DNA of 64,000 bases from Octopus vulgaris (lineage: Eukaryota), in assembly GCA_951406725.2 (NCBI GenBank), contig OX597814.1:69316001-69380000 (forward strand). Direction: 5' to 3'. The translations under genes were made by a program, and so were the position numbers. The notes under the pieces were generated by a model, which saw only the letters and a program-made list of their open reading frames with translations, was not told the DNA's origin and did not search any database. Of the stretch, positions 25,625-38,249 are shown one piece after another; within the stretch, counting starts at the first letter, position 1; the number at the start of each line of letters is the position of its first letter.

Positions 25625-28019
25625 CTAAGCTTTGTAGTATTTGAAAGTATTAATAAGTTTGTGTATACAGGATGGTTTGAACTCTGACCTTTTGTTAATA
25701 AGATTGTGTTTGTCTTTGAATTTCACGATGTTCAGGAGTTCTACACAACATAGTTGGCATCCTGCTCTATTATTAAAATAAGGTGCAGCTGATCCGATGA
25801 TGGACCACCTGAGTTTGAAGCCTATGCATTTGTCTTTTAATTCCCAAATTCTTTTAGAAAGGGAGGTGCTGTTAGCCTTATGTCTGTGTTTCAGCGAGGA
25901 CCGGTGGTTGTAGTATCTGGATTTCCAGGAGGTTGAGCAACCTATGTAGGTGAGTGTGTTAAACTGGGTACTCACCTCACATGAATATATTACGTTTTTC
26001 GCCCTACATGCGCCCTGTGGCGGGCACTCTGATGCACATCTGCAGTTGCATTGCATTGCATTATTCGGTCGTGTGCTGCTAATCCCATCGGAGGTGTTGC
26101 AATACAAGTGGGGGCGTTGATATCCTCCTGGTTGTTGATGGGTGTAGTATTTCCTCTGTTGTGTTGGCGGGTGTTATTACTAACTGTTTGGGTAGTATGG
26201 CTGCCAGTCTGGTTATATTGTCTACTATCTAGATGAGGGGGGTTCTGTTGGTCGCTATAGTTTGCTCTTGATCTAGCTGTTCTAATATTAATATAGTTAT
26301 GTTTAGCTATGAGGCAGCTCATGTTGGGCAGGGTAGAGTAGGAAATCCTAATGGTTTTGTTGGAGAAGATACTTCTATACTTATGGGTGGGTGGGAAGTT
26401 GTTGGAAATGATAGAGAATATTCTCTTACATAACTTACCCCTAACTGCTAAGTTGTAAGGTATGTTGAACCATATATATTTGCGTAATCTACTATTATCC
26501 CTTCTATTTCTCCTAATAGGATCTATATTGCTCTCGTCGGGAGGGTTACTATTGTGTGCTATTCTATTAGTTCGCCTATTTCCTATACGTTGTTTGGAGT
26601 TTAACTTAGAATTATCGCTAGTGTGAGTTGAGTGCTGAGTTCGATTATAATTGGGAGTTTTATGGCCGACGGACGTTCCCGGGTGGTCTACATATGATAT
26701 TCTCTGGTTATACCCGGCACTATAGAGAGCCTGGTTGTAGTGTTGTGTGTGATTATTGAAAATTTCTCTATTAGAGGATAGTTTTGTGAGTCTGTCTGAG
26801 ATGGCTTGGACCGTGGTGCTAATTATACAGGGTGGATGGTTGGAAGAGGTATAGATGTATTTGGTAGTTTCTTCGGGTTTCCTATACGGGTGGTGAAGGT
26901 GCTTATTCAAGTCTAACGTAACATCTAAGAAGTTTACTATTTTAGTATTGGTCATAAATTCTAGTTTAAGATTGAAGGATTTGAAAAAAAGCCTGATCTT
27001 TTTCCTAATTCTTTCTAGTTTACTCCTATTGTTGGTGGGGTATATGAAGAGAGCGTCGTCTCTGTATAGACCCCCTGAAGATCCGGTACCTCGGAGAAAA
27101 GCTTCTTGAGCAGGTAGGCCCCGACCAAGTCAGTCACCTGAGCTGAATCGCTCGAGCCCATAGCCACATCAAAATTGTCGGGGGTATCGGATCTGGTCCA
27201 GAGTCTACCGTCGAATTCTATTATGGTTTTTCTAGCTAATAGTATTATGTCAATTTTTTCTCTGTCTATGAGTGAAAGGTTGTGGGCAAATATAAGGGAT
27301 TTGTTAAGTAAGATGGGGGATATACTGGCGTAGTAGCTAGCTATGTCGAATTGGATGAATGAGTAGTTGGGCCTATTGGTGATAGTGTTAAACCATTCTA
27401 GCACATCGTCGGTGTTAATCCATAGTTGGAGTGGGATGTGGGGTTTGATGCGTGGGATCACCTTGTCCAGGATAGTCTTGCTAAGTCTGCCGATATCCGA
27501 TTTAGTCGGACAGATTAATCGTACTCCTACATTATCCGGGAAGTCTTTCTTATGGTCTTTAATAGTAATTTTGGGTACTTGTGGTTTAATAGGTTCTGTT
27601 CTGTCCAGGAGGTCTAATTTGCTCATAACTTCCTTGATTTTGTAGTTAATTTCCTTAAGGTTATCCGTAGAAGTAGTTTTATATTTTTTGCTAAGTTCCC
27701 TCATGATGAGCGATTTGTAGGTTTGGTAGTCTAGCCTATACCAGTTCCCAGTCTTGTCGGCGGGTATGATAAGACTATCATCGTTCCTAAGTGAATGCAG
27801 GAAATCTTTAAGGCTCCTTAAGTGGGTGTTGGAAATGGTCTTATGTTTACTAATGTTGATGTTGGTAATGAGGTCGATTAAGTCTTTTTCAAAATTTTCC
27901 AGTGCGTAGTTAGAGGATGGGTTTCTTCTGCTTTTAAATATCTTCCTGTGTGCTATTTCTTCTTGGTTAGAGTTGGGGTTGCTTTTCCCCAGGTTATCGA
28001 AATGGTAGGCCGCCCACAT
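25625..28019 (-). pseudogene. PLE reverse transcriptase / GIY-YIG endonuclease ORF, two frameshifts (near 27075 and about 26080)
   Basis: PADKTGN, TIKDHK, RLICPTKSDIG, FDIASYYASI, AMGSSDSAQVTDLVG, GLYRDD (shifted frame), FLDVTLDL, IWFNIPY, then CNCR..CP..G.C, VIY..TYIG, and LINKRSE..CIH. Confidence 0.92.
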
Positions 28020-28190
28020 TTATTTACATTACTTCAACATCCAAATTTCCTCATTCTACATTGAGAGAAGAAAGAGATGGACGCTTCAATTCTATGCTGC
28101 TGCCGCATTATGTCGTACGCGAATGAGAGGATTTGCATCCCCAACCAAGAATTCTTGATGTAACACATGTCCTTGTGGAAGCTGTTGTGC

Positions 28191-28268
28191 GCGGCTGAAG
28201 AAGGCCACAGACATACATTATGCATTGTTATAAATCTGTCTAATAAAGGCCCGAAACATATGTACCGC
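28191..28268 (+). ncRNA. Minimal type I hammerhead ribozyme, inverted terminal copy
   Basis: Reverse complement of 23530-23607. Confidence 0.75.
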
Positions 28269-28373
28269 TGAATCCTTCGCATCATGTTTTTATTTTGATC
28301 AATTTACTCCACCACCTACACCACCAAACGGTATACACAGGTGCTTATAATTATCAAGTACTCACCCCGAATT

Positions 28374-28429
<56 letters not shown>

Positions 28430-29910
28430 ATTTTTTTTACCACACCCTTACAAATAATGGAGGAAGCTTTATATGGAAAAAAATTTAGGAAAATTTATGG
28501 ATCTCTCCACCACTTCATCTAATTTTTTTTTTTTTTGCACTACACACTTAAAAACAATGTGAGATGCATTTTTGGTACAAGAAAAAATATTTCGAAATTA
28601 TGAATTTTTTTCAACTCCATCCCCACTCAGTACCAATTTCTGTCATGGTTTCTGTGCATTACAATTGTTTTAAAGTTTGTAATGCACAGAAAATTAAAAA
28701 GAATAATTCTGGAAATTCACAATCACCACTTCCTTTATTTTTTGTTGTGACGGATACCCCCAGGTGAGAAGTGGGCTGGTCGACTACTAATAAATAGTGT
28801 CAGTCAGTGAGGTATGCTGTATGGGCCAGTCATGCAGACGATGAAGTTACATCATCATATTGCAGGACATATCAGTGGCGATGAGGATTCGGAGCTCACA
28901 CAGTGGAAAAATGTTAAAAGTTTGAACTTCATACAGTGAAAAGTAGTATATACATTGTGGAAAATATATAAAAAAAAGTTTCTGAAGAAAAAAATGTCAG
29001 ATAAAACTGGAATTCTAACACAGAACTAAAAAATAATATACACTCAGTGAAAAAAATATTAATAAAAGATTCTGAAGAAAAAGTGTCATAAAACTGGAAC
29101 TCTAACACATAATGAACTACATAGTGAAAAATAATATAAGTCCATTCGAAGGATTTAAGTCAGATTGCTATATGTTAATAGTGCTACAGGGTAAATAGTG
29201 TAGACTGATACTACCTGTGGCACTTTGAGGAAAAAAAAAATATGGTTGTGTAGAACGAAAAGCAACTGAACTACACAGTGAAAAATAATATAAGTCCATT
29301 CGAAGGATTTAAGTCAGGTCACTATATGTTCATAACACAACCGGTAAACTATGTAGACAGGTACTACCTGTGGTATTTTGAAAAAAAATATGGTTCTGTG
29401 TGGAACAAGAAAAAATTTAAATAAGAAGAGAAAAATAATTATGGCTAGAAGAAAAAGAAATGAAAGAAAAAATGTGTTGAAAGAGAAAAAAATACATAAT
29501 TCTGCATGGTACAAGAAAAATCTAAATATGATGAGAAAAATAATTCTGGTTAGAAGAAAAACAAACGAAAAAAGAATATATAATGTTGTGTTGAAAGAAG
29601 AGAGAAAAAAGGGGGAGGTGTTGTGGCAGATACCCCAAGATGCGAAGTGGGTTGGTCCACTACTAATAAATAATGGACAGACTCAGTAAGTAGTGACAGT
29701 CAGCAAGGTACGCTGTATGGGCCAGTCACGCAATCGATGAAGTTATGTGTCATTATGCGGGACATATGATTTTCAAAAAAAGTTTTGATGGGGCTTTTCC
29801 GACTACCTTTTCACCATGGCCCACTCCCTCCAGAACAATTTTGGCCAGTTTTTGGCACTACACACTTAAAAACTTTAGGAGAAGCCTTTTCAGTAAAAAA
29901 CAAAAAATTT
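28430..29910. repeat. Unclassified non-coding repeat element with internal direct repeats
   Basis: Direct repeats at about 28770-28870 and 29648-29765, about 29115-29165 and 29269-29318, and gcactacacacttaaaaac at about 28538 and 29855. Confidence 0.55.
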
Positions 29911-30012
29911 TGAAAATATTTTCAGATGAAAGGGTTGTGATTTAAGGGAGATATGACTGTTATTTGTAGCACATCCCACAACCACCTTCCTCATTTCTTC
30001 ATCACTATGACA

Positions 30013-30397
30013 TACTCTTTTACTCTTTTACTTGTTTCAGTCATTTGACTGTGGCCATGCTGGAGCACCACCTCCAGTTGAGCAAATCGACCCCAAGACT
30101 TATTCTTTGTAATCCTAGTACATATTCTATCAGTCTCTTTTGCCAAACCGCTAAGTTACAGGGATGCAAACATACCAACATCAGTTGTCAAGCGATGTTG
30201 GGGGACAGACACAAACACACACACACACACATATATACATATACATATATACGAGTTTCTTTCAGTTTCCATCTACCAAATCCACTCACAAGGCTTTGGT
30301 CGGCCAGGGTCAATAGTAGAAGACACTTGCCCAAGGTGCCATGCAGTGGGACTGAACCTGGAACCATGTGGTTGGTAAGCAAGTTACTTACCACACA
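30013..30397 (-). mobile_element. tRNA-derived SINE, family 1
   Basis: Collinear with 47137-47540. Confidence 0.9.
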
Positions 30398-31060
30398 TGT
30401 ATAATGTAGTAATGTTTTTCAATATTTTTCTCCCCATAAACACATGGGAAAAAGATGACACACAGGAAATAAATACCAATCACTAAACATAGAAAGAGTC
30501 TGTAGAAGAAAATTTGGGAAGATGTGGGGCAAAGTGGTGTAGACTGACTGCAAAATGTTGAGCCTCCCAGAGGAGGTAATGGGGCCCCAAGATGAAAGAT
30601 GATATACTGTGCATATCCCCTCTTTAGAACTTTTCAGGCTTCTTTCTTTATATTTTTCTGTGGACCTAATTACAAGATTTCTCTTCTTTTATGTACTGTT
30701 TTGCCAGTTCATTATGTGTTTGTTTGAAGCAGTTTTACCTTACCACTATCCCATTTGATCAATGTCTAGTTTCTTTCTACTTATTTGTTTCTAGCACTGC
30801 ATCCTCCCTTCTTCATTCACTGCTGATTCATTGAAGGACAAGAGCTCAAACTTTCCATTACCCATGACAATAAAGCTTTGCCTTTGAAAAACATTTGGCT
30901 GCTAAGATTTAGTGATCATATAGAAGCTCCTTCACTGTCTTGACACGACAGAAATTTAAATTTAGCAGATAATTTATTTAGAAAATAATAATAACGCTTT
31001 TGAGCAGAAAAGAAAGAAAGAGGAAGAGAAAATCTTCCCTCATCTAAAGTGGAAGCTTAC

Positions 31061-31326
31061 CTTCAAGTTTCTCCGTACTTTATCAATAAAGTATCTCCAG
31101 CAATTCTCTCTGGAATCATCCATGCCCATACCCTTTACTTCAGGTCGCATAGTATTTATAATAACTTCAAGTTCATCATCAGTAAATAAATTCAAGATCT
31201 CACCAGAAGTCAGTAAATCATTGATAAGAACGAGAAATATTTCATCAGCCACTTGAGCATCAGTCATTAGAAAGACAATGCCAAGATTTTTCAGACCAGC
31301 TTTGATATACAGTTGGTTCAGATCAG
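31061..31326 (-). CDS. Axonemal dynein beta heavy chain, exon C (AAA4 Walker B region)
   Basis: ttcaaaag|CT acceptor completes the G+CT Ala codon from exon B; AAG|gtaagc donor; 266 nt. Translates DLNQLYIKAGLKNLGIVFLMTDAQVADEIFLVLINDLLTSGEI...CWRYFIDKVRRNLK. Confidence 0.93.
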
Positions 31327-32384
31327 CTTTTGAAGGAGAGATGGGAGAGAGGTGTGGAGAAATAGAGAAATAAAAATAAAAAAAAGAGAAAGAGAGAGCA
31401 AATATTAAGTTTCTTTAAATACACATTAAAAGCAGAGATATAATTATATTAGGAAATAAAATAAATGGTTTTTACTGAATATTATAAATCCATTAAAAAG
31501 AAAAAGTACTAATCAACTAACTGCTCTACAAGCATGTGGTCTTGTGACACAGTAAATAATCAATAACAATTAATTTAGAAAACCCAATAGAGCTGACTGG
31601 TATTTTTATAGCTTCTCTTGTGTTTAAATTTATCAAGTAAAAATACGCCCATGTCTGCTTGGATTGGCTACAAGCACTTCTCATATGAACTTACACCTAT
31701 TATCTCGGTCGTATGACCTAAAATTTAAAACATATCTAAGATAATACACCCTGTACTAAAAAATATCAAAATAACAATTCCTGTAGCAGAATCCATCGGG
31801 ATATTAGTATCATTAATACTGATAACAGAACAAACAAACTTGAAACATAACTGTAAACATGATGATGAAAATGATAACATAAAAGCACTGAAGAAATATG
31901 AAAAAAAGATACGGATGCAGGTATGGATGTGTTAAGACATTGACTTTGCAATGATGTAGATTCATGTCTGGTTTCATTCAGCAGTACTTCAGGTAAATAT
32001 CTTTGAACATAGCACCTTTGTGTTGACCAACCATTGATAAGGGAAATTTAGCAAATGGAAACTGTGAAGTGCATTATATATATATATATATATCCTTTTC
32101 TTCTCTGTGAGTTGAAAATGCAACTAATGGTTTCATGTGAAGATATATTCACAATTGTTCAAGTATGCCACATGAAAGTGTTGATACTCATCACCATTTT
32201 GAAAGAAACTGAACAGGATTTTCATATAAATACACAGATCATGGGAGGTAACTTATATGAATATCTTAATTCTTCTCTCCCTTACGTTAGCCCTGAAATT
32301 TCATTCATCAGAGATTAATTCCTTAATTATCATATGCAAGAACATTAGTGCATGCCCATATTTATAAATGTGTGTGTGTGTGTG

Positions 32385-32960
32385 TCATCCCATAAATATT
32401 GTTTTTTTTTATACTTCTTTTATTTTTCAAAATTAAGATAAACAAAGTTTTTTTAATCGAAAATTATTCCTCCAGTACTGTTCTGACCTTGTCTACAGAA
32501 TTCATATTTTTTCAGTCCAAATGGGATAAATGATAATCAGATGGGGCAAAATCCAGCATATATGGTGGGTGGGGGCATCGTTTCCCCAGTCTTTGGAATG
32601 TGGCCGAACATTATCCTGATGGAAAAACACCTTTCGTCTTGAAACCAAAGATGATAGTTTTTCTTCTAGTGCAGACTTAAACTGCACAAGTTGCTCACAG
32701 TAGATCTCCTTGGTTTCAGTTTCAAAGTGGATTAAACCTTTCATATCCCACCAAACAGATAACAATACCTTACGTGGGTGAAGACCTACTTTAACCTGGG
32801 ATAGCAGTGTTTCTCCTTTCCCTACCCACCATCTTGGCACTTGACATTTTTATAGAGAACCCATTTCTCATCACCAGTCACTAGTCGGTGCAAAAAAGGT
32901 TCATTTGTGCGGTGTAACAGCAAAGATGAGTACATATTCACTCTCTGTGCATGATTAGAC
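32385..32960 (-). mobile_element. Mariner transposase 3' fragment (third family)
   Basis: FLHRLVTGDEKWVLY, LHPRKVLLSVWWDMKG, FHQDNVRPH. Confidence 0.85.
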
Positions 32961-33296
32961 TTGGAAATTTGTGAAGAACCCATTGTTTTGGTATGGTTTT
33001 TATGGTTGGATGCCTTTCATAACACCAACCACACCATAGAGTGGACTGAGGCTTTTTATGTGGCACCAGCACAGGTAAGGTTTGTTTTGGCATGTTTTTT
33101 TACAGCTGGCATGTTTTCTACAGCATGTTTTTTGCAGCTTCCAAATGCCAACCACTTCACTGGATGCTTTTTACATGGCACCAGCACCAGCATGGTCACT
33201 AAGTACCTTGCAAGACAAGGAATTTTGAAGGGGAGGAGGAATTGGAAGTGTTTTACTATAGAGGAGTTACATGGTTACCCAACCAAGAGAAAGAGG

Positions 33297-33331
<35 letters not shown>

Positions 33332-33785
33332 GGAAAGAGAGAGAGAGTAAGAGGGAGAGAGTGGTAACAAGAAAGAGGACAGAAACAGGTGTAGAGGAGA
33401 TACATGGTTACACAGCCAGAGGAAAGAGCAAGGGAGAAAGAGAGGGAGAGAGAGAGAGAAAGCAAGAGAGAACAGGAGAAAGATAATAGTGAAGTGCCAG
33501 TAAGGAAGAGAGAGATAAATGTTGACAATTGCTAGGACATGCCCTCAGAGTACAGGTACACATGGCTAGGTATTACCAAAGTGCAAGTAGGGAGTGGGGG
33601 TTGCTCTGACTGGTGAGAACCTGGGAACAAAGAGGTGGATGGGGAAAGGAGTGATACAGTGAGCAGGGCAGTGAGGGCAGGGATGGGGAGCTGGAGAAAA
33701 TCATTGTGTATGAAGAAATGTGAGGAAGAGAAAAGATGCAGTTTAGGAGAGGAGATGTAGTTTGGATTTTAGGGGTAGGGTATAT

Positions 33786-34176
33786 CTTTTACTCTTTTAC
33801 TTGTTTCAGTCAGTTGACTGTGACCATGCTGGAGCACCCCCTTTAGTCGAGCAAATTGACCCCAGGACTTATTCTTTGTAAGCCTAGTTCTTATTCTATC
33901 GGTCTCTTTTCCTGAACCGGTAAGTCACAGGGACGAAAACACACCGCCATCGGTTGTCAAGTGATGTTAGGGAGAAAAACACAGACACACACATACATAT
34001 ATACATATACATATATACGACAGGCTTCTTTCAGTTTCCGTCTACCAAATCCACTCACAAGGATTGGTCGGCCCAAGGCTATAGTAGATGACACTTGCCC
34101 AAGATGCCACGCAGTGGGACTGAACCCAGAACCATGTGGTTTGTAAGCAAGCTACTTACCACACAGCCACTCCTGC
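33786..34176 (-). mobile_element. tRNA-derived SINE, family 1
   Basis: A box TGGCTGTGTGG, B box GGTTCAGTCCC, (TAAAAGAG)n tail. Confidence 0.9.
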
Positions 34177-34193
34177 ATCCATAAGTATGTGAA

Positions 34194-34234
<41 letters not shown>

Positions 34235-34249
34235 CATATATAATGTTTC

Positions 34250-34900
34250 CTTGATAGAGAGGTTGCATTTGCTCTCCTATCCCCTACATATGTTGCCCTT
34301 AGCTATGATGCTCTGGTTGTATGGGAGTTGCTCAGTTTCCTCTCTTTAAGTGTCTATACCCTATTGAATAAAGATGTATATCTTTTGCTTTTTGTCTCTG
34401 AATAAAGCCAAGTGCTGTGTATGTTTTCCATCATTCTAATGTAATGTTTTTGTTGTTTTGTTCAAGTCCATAATGCTGGCTTTGTACACTAGTCCTTTTT
34501 CCAGGCACTTATTGTTCAGGGAACAGTTATCCAGAGATCTATAATTACAGGATTTTTGTAGGGGATGTTCCTCATGTTATTCTTATTGTGATTGAAAATT
34601 ACTGATTCTCTGATGGAGAGGCAATTATAGCTAACTTTGACCATATTTCCCTTGAATATCTAGTGGTATTTATGAGTTTCAGAAAATTTCAAGCTATATT
34701 TATATACAGTTATGCTGTATGGTAGATTATACCATAGTTTTTTCCTCTGTCTACATTTTTTAAACCTATCTACGTTTGGTTCAATATAAATTCTACTATT
34801 TTTAAAATTGGACCTTTCTATAGAAGTGTTGTAATGTGAGGCTGCATTTTTGAAAGTAGCTTCATTAGTTTTTACTATGGGTTGCCTGTGAATCATTAAT
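34250..34900 (-). mobile_element. Old PLE fragment (thumb / GIY-YIG region)
   Basis: NEATFKNAASHYN, KLWYNLPYS, CNYRSLDNCSLNNKCLEKGLVYKA; same architecture as 25625-26900. Confidence 0.7.
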
Positions 34901-35625
34901 GTAAGTTGGAAGGAATGCCTCCTATATGTAATGTGTTCAAGTTGTAACATAATGTGTGTAGTTAGCATTTTTTTAAAAGACAGTTCATAGAAAGAATTTA
35001 TTTACAGTGATTTCTTAAAGAGGCATGAATAAAGAATATTCAGAAAGAAAGTTCATAAAAGTTGTGTAATGAATGCTAGCAAATGGCAACAAGGATTAAA
35101 CTTACATATGAATGGGAACCAAATATATGTGTGTGCAAGACAGGAAAAATCGTATGACTAACTATATACACTGAGGTTTATATGGAGCAGAGTGGAAGCT
35201 GATATTAATCAAATGAGTTGCGTGTAGTTGGTGGTAGACACAGAAAATGTGACATGTTGAAGAAAGTGATGTTGCTTCTATGTCGTCAAATCCACAATTG
35301 CTTAAGTTATTCCAAAAAGGTGTGCAATAATGCTGAGTGGAAGTTGTGACTTGTATTATTATGCTTCCAGCTCTGATTGGCTAGAATCTGCCAAAGCACA
35401 ACTGAACTAAGTTACAACAACACAACAGATCTTTCCTGTCTCACTACAAATGTCTCTGACTGTTATTCACTTCCACTACATTTGTTGATTTTTGTTCCGT
35501 CTACCAGTGACACCAACATGAATTGCACTGTTTTCAAAAATACTGATAGTTATATTAATGGTTGTAATATCTTGTATATAGATATATAGATAGATAGATA
35601 GATATGTAAACATATATATATGATT

Positions 35626-35677
<52 letters not shown>

Positions 35678-35694
35678 TTAAAACAATTAAACAC

Positions 35695-37690
35695 ATGAAG
35701 ACAGGGAAATCCTCCAATCCATCAGGAATCTCCAATGAGATGCTTAAAATATCTGGAGAAGTAGTATAGTTAATCAGGTTGTCTAAGAGGGAGTCATACC
35801 CACTGATTGGTGTAGCAGCATTATAGAGAACAGCTACAAAGGCAAAAGTGACACTTTATACAGGGATAATTACAGAGGTATCAAACTACTAGACCAGGTG
35901 ATGAAAGTCACAGGAAGAGTGATAGGTCAATTAATTGGGGAGAAAATTAGCGTAAATGAGATGCTGTTCAGATTTGTGCCAGGAAGGAGTACGACTGATG
36001 CTATATTCCTAGTTAGGCAACTGCAGGAGAAATATCTAGCCAAAAATAAACCTCTGTACCTGCCTTTTGCTGATATGGAGAAAGCCTTTGACAGAGTCCC
36101 CAGCTCCATTATCTGGGGGGTCAATGCAGAAACTAGAGATAGATGAGTGGTTGGTGAGAGCTGTACAAGCCATGTACAAGGATCCTGTCAGTAAGGTGAG
36201 AATTGGCAACAAGTATAGTGTACAACGAGTATCAGGGTACAAGTAGAGTTTAAACCAATGATCAATCCTCAGGCCACTCTTGTTCATCATAGTTCTCCAG
36301 GCAGTAACAGAGGAATTTAAGACAGGCTACCTACCCCTGGGAGCTCCTCTATGCTGATGCACTACCAGAACTAGAGAAGAAATTTCAGGTGTGGAGGCAA
36401 GGTTTAGAATCAAACTGCTTAAAGTTAATCTAGCAAAAACCAAAGTCTCATAAGTAGGAGAGCAGACAAATTGCAAATCCCTTCAGGTAGATGGCCCTGC
36501 TTGATCTGTAGGAAAGGTATTGATAGAAATTCCATAAGATGTACCTAGTGCGAGCTATGGACACATAAGAGGGGCAGCAATATTAGAGGAAGGTTAACTG
36601 GGAAAATAGTTTTTGTGTGTGGAAGGTGCACAGGTATAATAAACATTGAAAATGTACAGAAAAATGACTCTATCAACTGTCAAGCAGGTAAGCTAGAGGT
36701 AGTAGATAATTTCTGTTATCCAAGTGAACAAGTTAGTAACAGAGGTGGATGCTCCAAGAGTGTAGCTGTGAGAATAAGAATAGGCTGGGCTAAGTTCAGA
36801 GAGCTCCTACCTCTACTGGCAACAAAAGGTCTCTCCTTCAGAGTGAAAGGCAGACTATACGATGCCTGTGTGCAAACAGCTATGCTACATGGCAGTGAAA
36901 CATGGGCTGTGACAGCCGAGGCTTGAAGGAAATGAAGCTAGCATGATTTGCTGGATGTGCAATGTCAGTATGCATGTACACAGAGTAAGCATCTCGAGAG
37001 AAAAGTTGGGCATAAAAGTCATCAGATGCTGTGCTGGTATGATCATGTGGTGCATATTAATCAGGACAGGTATGTAACAAAGTACCGATCTCTAATTGTG
37101 GAGGGAACCTGTGGTAGAGGTAGACCCAGGAAGATATGGGACAAGGTGTTGAAGCTTCAAACTTTGGACCTCACAGAGGCAATGACTAGTGACCGAGACC
37201 TTTGTTGATATGCCATACTTGAGAAGACCTGTCAAGCCATGTGAAATCATAGTCGCAGCTGATGCTGGCATCCATGCAGGCAGCACATAAAAAGCACCGT
37301 TCAAATGTTGGACCTCATGGAGGCAGTGTAGTCAATGCCAGTGGCATGTAAAAAGCACCTTTCAAGCATTGGGCCTCACAGAGGCAATGATAAATGACCG
37401 AAACCTTTGGCATTATGCTATGCTTGAGAAGACCCATTCAAGCCAAGCAAAATCATAGTCTTGGCAGATGCCGGTGTTATGCAACTGGCACCTATGCTGG
37501 TAGCAGATAAAAGCATGCATTACACTCTCAGAGTGGTTGGTGTTAGGAAGGGCATCTGGCCATAGAGACCATGCCAGATCAGACTGGAATCTGGTGTAGC
37601 CCCTCAGCTTACTAGCCCTGGTCAAATTATCCAACTCATGCCAGCATGGACAACAGATTTTAAATGATGATAATGATAATGATGATGATA
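35695..37690 (+). mobile_element. RTE LINE, 5'-truncated, with 3' UTR and (GAT)n tail
   Basis: NYRGIKLLDQ, FVPGRSTTDAIFLVRQLQEKY, DMEKAFDRV, LLYAD, RIRIGWAKFRELLPLL. Confidence 0.9.
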
Positions 37691-37692
37691 TA

Positions 37693-37960
37693 TAGGGTGT
37701 TGGAACACCTACATTGCTAGAAATAAGAGCTAAAAAGCTCTAATGCTGTAGTCAAAGCACATAATTGTATACATATGTACTGACAGGAACTGTAATTGTC
37801 CAAAAACACCAGACGAGAAATTTCCTAGGGAATTTCTTGACCAGTATTTTCAGGTGATTACTGTCCCTGTCAGTACATATGTATACAATTATGTGCTTTG
37901 ACTACAGCATTAGAGCTTTTTAGCTCTTACTTCTAGTAATGTAGGTGTTCTAACACCCTA
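37693..37960. mobile_element. Near-perfect 268-bp palindromic MITE/fold-back element
   Basis: tagggtgttggaacacctacattgctagaa... pairs with ...ttctagtaatgtaggtgttctaacacccta; TA at both ends; centre gagaaatttcctagggaatttc. Confidence 0.85.
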
Positions 37961-38016
37961 GTCCTATTTAGTGACAATTACAGTTTCCCTTTTCAGTAAC
38001 ATATTACACATGGCTG

Positions 38017-38060
<44 letters not shown>

Positions 38061-38249
38061 GCACATACACACATATATATATGTAGACGTGTGTGTGTGT
38101 GTGTGGAACATCCACTTTTTGAGGCTCACATAGATCAGACAGATTCTGTACAGTCAAATGACCTTCCAATTGCTAACCCATATCTGTTTCTAAAGTAATA
38201 TTTCACCATGCCTAGGTATCATTATATGGAAGATTGGATACAAAAATCA

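Larger units (their letters stand above)
23505..28385 (-). mobile_element. Penelope-like element (RT plus C-terminal GIY-YIG), 5'-truncated, with inverted terminal pseudo-LTR, inserted in (TA)n
   Basis: 276-bp inverted repeat at 23505-23780 and 28018-28293; ORF 28019-25625; long AT-rich 3' UTR; (TA)n on both flanks. Confidence 0.92.

Noticed and set aside
23640-25687. Many hydrophobic or YI/HT/CV-repeat ORFs
   Set aside because: Low-complexity PLE 3' UTR and dinucleotide repeats.
28960-29330. CRISPR-like repeat array
   Set aside because: Eukaryotic context; the units are degenerate tandem duplications without unique spacers, and there are no cas genes.
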